From an uncultured Eubacteriales bacterium (GTDB lineage: Bacteria > Bacillota > Clostridia > Oscillospirales > CAG-272), in assembly GCA_934378145.1 (NCBI GenBank), contig CAKXXW010000007.1, positions 10,053-74,052 of the forward strand: a stretch of DNA of 64,000 nucleotides, given 5' to 3'. The notes under the pieces are model-generated. The model saw only the letters and a list, made by a program, of their open reading frames with translations, was not told the origin of the DNA and made no database searches. This document shows, one piece after another, positions 57,573 to 64,000 of this stretch. Position 1 is the first letter of the stretch. Every line of letters starts with the position of its first letter. Position numbers and translations under genes: made by a program.

Positions 57573-59768
57573 CTATGCATTGTACCTTATCTCGGTTATG
57601 ATGTTGGTCACAAAGCTTACCACCTTGCCGAGAAGTGTTACGAACAGTACGCTGATGAACATTATGAAGATTATTCCGACGAGCGTACCGAGCGTCGTTA
57701 TAAGATTCTTTCCGATGGAGTAGTCGTGCGTCACCATCATTCCGGTGAAGATCAGGAGTCCCGCCCAGATAAGTCCGACCGTTGTGATGAAGTTCAGAAC
57801 ATCAATCTCCGATTTGACCATGAAGTTCGATGCGAGCGTTGTCGGGATTATCGTGAGTATGACCGGAAGCAGTGAGTATCCCACGGCTATCACGATATCC
57901 TTGAAGCTGCCCTCGCCGTCAAAGAGCGTCGTAAGGCACCAGTTGGCTATCGCCCAGAGCATCAGCGGAAGTACCACCGTTACTGCCTGGTCAAGGATCG
58001 TCGTATAGACAGTATGCTGATTTACCGAGTAGCCCGAGCCGACCGCCTGGTAGAAATACGCGACGATCGTCAGCAGTATGAAGACTATCGCTGCTCTGAG
58101 CGAGCCTCGCTTCTCGTGCTTCAGATCCCAGAAGCCGTCGAACGGGTGGAAGATGACATGGAAGCCGTAGAGCAACTCTTCCTTGAAGTTCCTCTTGCCT
58201 CCCGCGACAGCCGCGCGGCTGTTGACCTTCGTTGCGTACTTCATAAAGAAGACGCATCCGACGATGATCGCCGCCGCTCCGAGCGGGATGAGAAGGAGCC
58301 ACTTGCTGATCCATGCCTTACGGATCTCTTCGTACGAGCTTGAGTAGTTCGAGGTATCGTATGCAGCCTTGAAGTACTCTATCGACTCCTCGTACTGACC
58401 GTTTCTGTACATCGACTGACCTATACCGATATAAGCCGCGTCGTAGTTCGAATTTCTCTTGAGTATCTCGAACCAGTCATCGACCGCCGTATCGTACTGA
58501 CGGGCGTTCTGATGCTCGAGAGCGCGGATAAGCGTCTTTCCGTACTCGGTCTGACGGTAGACCGTGAAGGTCTTGCTGTTCTTGTCGAGCAGGAGCATCT
58601 TGTAGTTCTGATTTCCTTCGGCGTCGTAATTGCGCTGATAGGTCATACCGACGAGCAGGTTTATGTTTCCAAGCTGTCCGCCGCTCTTCTGTCCGAAGGC
58701 GAAGAGCAGGTTTCCGTCGAAGTCATAGGTAAATACCCTTGATCTCTTGCTGTCGGCGATCGACCATGTCTTTTCGGGGCCGACTGCGGCGTCGATTATC
58801 GAGGAAGCACCGACGTCGTCTCCCGTACCGGTACCGACCTGAACGTCACCAGAAGGCGGCCAGAAGCCGTTTCGTCTCATGATCTCCTCGCCCGCGGGGT
58901 TGAGCAGCTTGACGGGAGCGTAGTCACCGCTCTTTGACTTCTTCTTTATCGCGTTCTGCTGAGTCTTTTCGGCTATCTTATTTGTCGTGACATATACGAA
59001 GCCGTCATCGTTTATCGCAATGTTGTTGAATTCGGTCGGGACGACGCTCGCCGTCTGATCTCTCTGTTCCTGAGTCTGGAAGCGTCTCCAGATTATGTCC
59101 CATGTCGAGAGCGAGGATTTCTGCGCGCCGATGAAGCCCGTGAAATCTCCGTCGCGGGTCATCATAATGACTCCCTGGTTCGTTGTCGAGGATACGACAT
59201 AGAGTCTGTCGTACTGGTCGACTGCGACCGCGACCGGTTTATAGACCGAGTCATTCTCGAAAAGCTCGTCTTCGGGTGCCTTGATTATGTCGATGAAGTT
59301 GAAATCACGGTCAAAGGTGACTATCCTGTTCTTTTCGGTATCGCAGACAAAGATCGTATCATCGGTGATGAACACGCCCTTCGGACCCGAAAGTGTATCG
59401 GGGTTACCCTGATCGTTGTCGAAGTCCTTGATTATATGCTTCAGCTTGAAGTTACTGTCAAGAACGACGATACGGCTGTAAAGACCGTCTTTCGAATCGG
59501 CTGCCGAATCGGCTATATATACCCAGCCGTTCTCGTCGACCTCTATGTCCGCCGGTTCCTTGAGAGGCTTAAGCTCGCTCGTGTCACCCGTAAGTCCGAT
59601 ATAATCCGAATCTATCTCTTTCTCGGGAACATAGGCATCGGGCGAGTTCAGCGGGAAGCCGCCGAGCGCGTAGGTATAGGTCTGATATGACTTGGCTCCT
59701 ACCGGAAGCGAGCAAAGTATTATTATAATGAAGATCACTGCCAGCACGGCACTTATTCTTTTTACCAT
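57573..59768 (-). CDS. Fusion protein: signal peptide, NHL-repeat beta-propeller, TPR-like segment and a C-terminal Yip1-type multi-pass membrane domain
   Basis: 731 aa. NHL-like repeats include GWVYIADSA...RIVVLDSNF, IFVCDTEKNRIVTFDRDF and RLYVVSSTTNQGVIMMTRDGDF. The TPR-like segment reads IGIGQSMYRNGQYEESIEYFKAAYD. About six hydrophobic helices occupy the last roughly 250 aa. Confidence 0.75.
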   Translation of the reverse strand: MVKRISAVLAVIFIIIILCSLPVGAKSYQTYTYALGGFPLNSPDAYVPEKEIDSDYIGLTGDTSELKPLKEPADIEVDENGWVYIADSAADSKDGLYSRIVVLDSNFKLKHIIKDFDNDQGNPDTLSGPKGVFITDDTIFVCDTEKNRIVTFDRDFNFIDIIKAPEDELFENDSVYKPVAVAVDQYDRLYVVSSTTNQGVIMMTRDGDFTGFIGAQKSSLSTWDIIWRRFQTQEQRDQTASVVPTEFNNIAINDDGFVYVTTNKIAEKTQQNAIKKKSKSGDYAPVKLLNPAGEEIMRRNGFWPPSGDVQVGTGTGDDVGASSIIDAAVGPEKTWSIADSKRSRVFTYDFDGNLLFAFGQKSGGQLGNINLLVGMTYQRNYDAEGNQNYKMLLLDKNSKTFTVYRQTEYGKTLIRALEHQNARQYDTAVDDWFEILKRNSNYDAAYIGIGQSMYRNGQYEESIEYFKAAYDTSNYSSSYEEIRKAWISKWLLLIPLGAAAIIVGCVFFMKYATKVNSRAAVAGGKRNFKEELLYGFHVIFHPFDGFWDLKHEKRGSLRAAIVFILLTIVAYFYQAVGSGYSVNQHTVYTTILDQAVTVVLPLMLWAIANWCLTTLFDGEGSFKDIVIAVGYSLLPVILTIIPTTLASNFMVKSEIDVLNFITTVGLIWAGLLIFTGMMVTHDYSIGKNLITTLGTLVGIIFIMFISVLFVTLLGKVVSFVTNIITEIRYNA

Positions 59769-59783
59769 ACTCTGCCTCCTTTT

Positions 59784-60656
59784 TTAATCCTTCATACCGC
59801 TGGATCCCATAGTCTCGATGATGTTCGACTGAGTTACTACGAAAACGAGTATCGGAACCATCATCATGATGACCTGAGCCGCGGCGCCGGCGCCGGCACG
59901 CTTGATACCGCCGGCGACGATCTGCTGAATTGCGTAGTTAAATGATTTGAGCTGCTCGGACTGAATGTATATCGACTGTCCCGCGTTCCAGAGTCCCTGG
60001 AAACAGTAAATGATAAGCGTCAGCCATGCCGGTTTGACCATAGGCATCGCTATCATCCAGAAGGTCCTGAATTCGCTCGCGCCGTCAAGTCGTGCCGATT
60101 CAAGCACCGACTCGGACACCTGCGAATCCATGAACTGCTTCATAAGGTAAAGACCGAGAGTCGTACAGAAGGCGGGGACTATCTTTGCAAGATAGGTATC
60201 GACCCAACCGAGGCGGCTCATGATGAAGTAGTTCGTGATAGATGTGACCGTAGAGTGGAACATGAGGGACATTCTTATCGTCTTGAACATCCACTTTCTT
60301 CCGGGGAAGTGGATCTTCGAGAAGGCGTATGCCGCCATCGACGACAGGAAGAGGTTTCCTACCGTTCCGACGACCGAAACGAGAACCGTGTTGAATATGT
60401 ATCTCGAGAAAGGCACCCACGATACATTCATCTGTACGAACAGATCCTGATAGTTCTTTATCGTCGGTCTGTAAACTATGAATCTCGGTGGGAACATCCA
60501 AAGCTCGTCAAGAGGTTTGAATGACTGCGCGATCGCGTACCACATAGGCAGGAACATGAAGGCACCGAGGATTATGAGGATAAGAGTGATGCCTATGTCG
60601 CCTCCCGCAGAGCGGCTGAGAACGACTCTGTGTTTTCTTGTTCTTAATCTTGCCAT
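59784..60656 (-). CDS. Carbohydrate-type ABC transporter permease (first pair, MalG-like)
   Basis: 290 aa. The EAA-loop motif is LESARLDGASEFRTFWMIAMPMVKP. Confidence 0.9.
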   Translation of the reverse strand: MARLRTRKHRVVLSRSAGGDIGITLILIILGAFMFLPMWYAIAQSFKPLDELWMFPPRFIVYRPTIKNYQDLFVQMNVSWVPFSRYIFNTVLVSVVGTVGNLFLSSMAAYAFSKIHFPGRKWMFKTIRMSLMFHSTVTSITNYFIMSRLGWVDTYLAKIVPAFCTTLGLYLMKQFMDSQVSESVLESARLDGASEFRTFWMIAMPMVKPAWLTLIIYCFQGLWNAGQSIYIQSEQLKSFNYAIQQIVAGGIKRAGAGAAAQVIMMMVPILVFVVTQSNIIETMGSSGMKD

Positions 60657-60657
60657 A

Positions 60658-61605
60658 TCACTTACCTACCTTCGAAATCAGTTTCTTGACCAGCAGGTTC
60701 GCCGATATCATGATAGCGAACAGAACCACAGCGATCGTTGACGAATAGCCTATTTCAAATCTCGTGCTTCCGTAGTCGTTCAGGTGGTGCATTATCGTAT
60801 GCGCCGCGTAATCGACCGACGGGAAGCCGCAGAGTGCGGTAACGACCGATCCGAAGCCGAACGAGCTTGTGATCGACATGATGGCGCCGAACATAAGCTG
60901 AGGCTTCATACTCGGAAGGGTTATGTACCAAAGCTCCTGCCAACGGTTTCTGATACCGTCGACGGCTCCCGCCTCATAGAGAGAGCGGTTGATGCCCTGC
61001 AGACCGGCGATGAACGAAAGGAACGCCGTTCCGAGTGACTGCCAGAGAGCAACTATGATACAAAGAGGCATTACATATTCGGCTTTTTCAAACCAGTTGA
61101 TCTCCTCGGTGATTATCTGGAGCTTCATCAGCCAGGCGTTCGCCCAACCGTAAGCGTCTCCCGAGAAGAGGGTCTTCCAAATGAGGTAGACCTCACCGGA
61201 AATCGACGGCGCGTAGAAGACCAGGGTGACAAGCGATCTGATCTTCGGCGACAGCTCGTTTATGAACCACGCGACCATAAGTGACATAATGTAGGACGCG
61301 GGTCCGACTATGCACGCGAATATAAAGGTGTTCTTGCAGGCTATGAGGAATATGTCATCATCGAGGAAGAGGCGCGCATAGTTGTCGAGGAAGACGAAAT
61401 TCGGCGTCTGCAACATATTGAAGTCTGTGAAACTGAATATCACCGAGAGCAACACAGGGCATACCGTGAAGAGCGTGAAGAGGATCACGAACGGCGCGAT
61501 CATCACATATCCCGCCCAGTTACGCTTCATTTCCTTCAGCGTCCACTGGAACTTCGACATATCCTTGCGTGCCACAGCTTTTTTCTTTGTCGTATTCTGT
61601 GACAT
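60658..61605 (-). CDS. Carbohydrate-type ABC transporter permease (first pair, MalF/LplB-like)
   Basis: 315 aa. The EAA-loop motif is YEAGAVDGIRNRWQELWYITLPSMKP. There is a 1-nt gap to the next permease gene. Confidence 0.9.
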   Translation of the reverse strand: MSQNTTKKKAVARKDMSKFQWTLKEMKRNWAGYVMIAPFVILFTLFTVCPVLLSVIFSFTDFNMLQTPNFVFLDNYARLFLDDDIFLIACKNTFIFACIVGPASYIMSLMVAWFINELSPKIRSLVTLVFYAPSISGEVYLIWKTLFSGDAYGWANAWLMKLQIITEEINWFEKAEYVMPLCIIVALWQSLGTAFLSFIAGLQGINRSLYEAGAVDGIRNRWQELWYITLPSMKPQLMFGAIMSITSSFGFGSVVTALCGFPSVDYAAHTIMHHLNDYGSTRFEIGYSSTIAVVLFAIMISANLLVKKLISKVGK

Positions 61606-61640
61606 AATTATCTCCTTACATCGTTATTTGCGTTGCTCTG

Positions 61641-64000
61641 TCAATAAGATGATCTGTAATCACGCAGAGCCTCCGCCGCGGTGTCAATACAGTCCGCGAC
61701 CTCATAAAGATCCGAATACTGCGTTTTGCGAAGTCCCTCTGAAGCCGCTTCGAGTGCCTCGATATGCTCTATCGAAACTCTCGCCTTCTGCGATTCAAGG
61801 TTCGCTATCGCCGTTCTGAGGGCGTCTATCTCAGCCTTGTACTGAGCCTTTGCGCTGTCGCTGAGTCCGTCGAGCTTTGCCTCGGCCTGAGCGATCCTCT
61901 TGCTCGCAAGGGTCTCGCCGATCTCAAGGGTCTCAAGTCCGAACTCATCGCGCTTTCTCGTTATTTCCTTATTTATAGTATTGATATACTTAAGGAGCGA
62001 GGTCGTCGGGTTCGCGTTCTTATCGTAAGCCGCAAGGAATGCGAACTTCGTGTAACGGGCTATGATGTACGATCCGGGATAGTTGGGTATCGACGCAAGG
62101 TTGTTGAACTGTGCCGAGAGCTGCTTATACTCATCGGTGGTCCATGGCATACTTTCGAGAGCCGTGATATTGGCTGTCGCGTGCTTTGCCGAGTCACCGA
62201 GGATAGCGACCATCTCGTTCGAGTAGTTGACCTGGCACTCGGGACCGACATGCCACTTCATGAACGACCACGCCGCCTCGACATTCTCGCATCCGTTTAT
62301 CATCGAGATAGCCGATACCGTCGCGACCGCGACATTGTTGATGCTCTCAACGACCTTCTTACCGTCCTCGTAGACATATCTGCCTGCCTCGTCGGTCTTG
62401 TAGGTCGCGATACCGGGGACCGGATAGAAGGACCAGAGTCCGCGGATCTCGGTCGCGAAAACGATGAGCTGGTTATATGTTCCGCTGTATCCCGCGATAC
62501 CTATCGGCATCTCACCCGTTCTGAAACGGTTCGAGAAGTCGTACTTGTACGGGAAGGAGTACATTGTAAAGAGGTTGCACATATAATCGAAGGAGTCAAG
62601 CGCTATATTGGAGTCAAGGTTGATCCTCATACCGTCGTCGGCGAAGAGCTTGCTTCCCTTCTGATAGAGGAAGATCTTGTAGTCGTTCGACATACCGATC
62701 TGCATGTTCTTCGATTCAAGCGTCTGGATAGCCGCCTGAACATCGTCCCACGACTTCGGGATCTCTATTCCGAGGTTCGCAAGGATGTCGTTTCTGACGA
62801 ACATCATCGAGAACGACTGGGTCTCCGGCAGTCCGTAGTAGTGCATGATGTTGTCGGCGTCGGGAAGTCCGAGCGTGTACATCGCAGCCTCGTTGAACTG
62901 CACCTTGTCGTTCTTTATCTTATTGCCGTTTTCGTCGAGCTGATACTTGTAAGTATATGTCCTTCCGCTGAAGGTCGAGCCGGTCTCATAGAGCCAGCCC
63001 TCGGTCGTGAAGCTGTAACGCGTCTTGCCCGTGCGGTCGGTGCATTCGCCCGAGCCGTCGGCGTTGTACTTTATCGTGTACATCGCCACGCCGTCGGTGG
63101 ACATAGCCTTGATCTCCTTGCCCGCCTCGCCGGTAATGATGTAATTCTCGGCTCTGAGATCTTCGACATAATCGCCGATCGTCTTATGCTCACGCAGGTA
63201 GGTATCGGTAAGCTCGTAGAATCCTTCGCAGTTCTCGATATTCATGAGAGCGCCGCGGATAGCGTAGTTTATGATGTTATCCTCGCTGACGCCGATATAG
63301 ACATCGGGGCCGGACTGAGCAAGGATCGAAGGCAGCAGCGAGCCGGCTGCAACGAGCTTCAGGTTGACAAGGTGTCCGGTCTGCGGCGTGAAGTCGTTGT
63401 TGATAAGGCTTCTGATGACCTGTGTCTGGTCACGGCCGTAAGCGAGCCAGACCTCGACAGCCTCTTCTTCCTCGCCCGCATTGGTGGCACCCATACGGTT
63501 GTAGTTACGCCAGAAGCTGTTCCAGAACTTCAAAAACTCGTGACCTATCGTCTGGAAGAAATTCGCCTTGGCTGCGGGAAGATCTTCTCCGGGAGCCTGA
63601 ACGATGAAGTAGTCGAGCTGGAGCGGCTGGGTCTTGTTGTCGTTGATCCAGGTGCCGAGGGTACCTATGTATGTCTTGAGCTGATCGAGGTTCTTTGCGA
63701 CATTGTCCTCGTCGATGCCCATCTCGTAAAGAAGTCTTACTATCTTATCGAGCGTCGCGGCGTTCGAGCTGCTCTGCCCCGCGATGTTCTTAAGCTCGTT
63801 CGAGATGTCCTCAAGTCTTCTCGACTCGACGATGAGTCCCTGCATGGTATCGGGCATGATACGGTAGAAGCCGTAGTCACGGTACTGGTCGGGATCCGCT
63901 CCGGTGAGCTTCAGTATATTAAGGTAGTAATTGTTGATGTTGGTAAGCGAAGTGCTGACCTCGCTGACTATCGAGCCCATATCGCCGAGAGAGACCTCAA
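61641..64000 (-). CDS. Oversized extracellular solute-binding protein (5' end beyond the right window edge)
   Basis: The reverse frame stays open past 63980 to the window edge, so the protein is longer than 786 aa. The central region has a family-1 SBP character (VEVWLAYGRDQTQVIRSLINNDFTPQTG...). Extra helical segments lie at both ends. Confidence 0.7.
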   Translation of the reverse strand, partial: EVSLGDMGSIVSEVSTSLTNINNYYLNILKLTGADPDQYRDYGFYRIMPDTMQGLIVESRRLEDISNELKNIAGQSSSNAATLDKIVRLLYEMGIDEDNVAKNLDQLKTYIGTLGTWINDNKTQPLQLDYFIVQAPGEDLPAAKANFFQTIGHEFLKFWNSFWRNYNRMGATNAGEEEEAVEVWLAYGRDQTQVIRSLINNDFTPQTGHLVNLKLVAAGSLLPSILAQSGPDVYIGVSEDNIINYAIRGALMNIENCEGFYELTDTYLREHKTIGDYVEDLRAENYIITGEAGKEIKAMSTDGVAMYTIKYNADGSGECTDRTGKTRYSFTTEGWLYETGSTFSGRTYTYKYQLDENGNKIKNDKVQFNEAAMYTLGLPDADNIMHYYGLPETQSFSMMFVRNDILANLGIEIPKSWDDVQAAIQTLESKNMQIGMSNDYKIFLYQKGSKLFADDGMRINLDSNIALDSFDYMCNLFTMYSFPYKYDFSNRFRTGEMPIGIAGYSGTYNQLIVFATEIRGLWSFYPVPGIATYKTDEAGRYVYEDGKKVVESINNVAVATVSAISMINGCENVEAAWSFMKWHVGPECQVNYSNEMVAILGDSAKHATANITALESMPWTTDEYKQLSAQFNNLASIPNYPGSYIIARYTKFAFLAAYDKNANPTTSLLKYINTINKEITRKRDEFGLETLEIGETLASKRIAQAEAKLDGLSDSAKAQYKAEIDALRTAIANLESQKARVSIEHIEALEAASEGLRKTQYSDLYEVADCIDTAAEALRDYRSSY

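Overview
64-kb chromosomal window from a Gram-positive, Clostridia-like genome. The assignment rests on extended -10 TGnTATAAT promoters, ECF S-component genes and the str/rpoBC gene layout. GC is high, about 41 of 60 in typical lines. Most genes are housekeeping and lie on the minus strand: alaS-trxA, rpoB-rpoC, rpsL-rpsG-fusA-tuf, ychF-trmB-truB, folT-folC-queT, cysE-cysS, nrdR and asd. On the plus strand are rpsT, eno and a WalRK-like two-component system translationally coupled to an HtrA-type protease. Three riboswitches can be read directly from the sequence: FMN upstream of ribU, THF upstream of folT and preQ1-I upstream of queT. I found no rRNA, tRNA, CRISPR array, transposase or integrase. 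Three things stand out. (1) The rightmost 14.7 kb is one tightly packed minus-strand operon. It encodes an oversized solute-binding protein, two complete ABC permease pairs, an NHL/TPR/Yip1 fusion protein and a 2,063-aa secreted protein with a roughly 940-aa Ala-rich helical insert. No ATPase gene is present. (2) A family of multi-hairpin mosaic intergenic repeats occurs three times. Two copies are roughly 650-700-bp foldback composites, and stem covariation with loop-only variation argues for selection on structure. (3) A 1.3-kb low-GC islet (about 33% GC) lies between rpsT and asd and carries a single orphan gene for a membrane, PH-like, zinc-ribbon protein. Many long ORFs antisense to the large genes are codon-bias shadows and were rejected.
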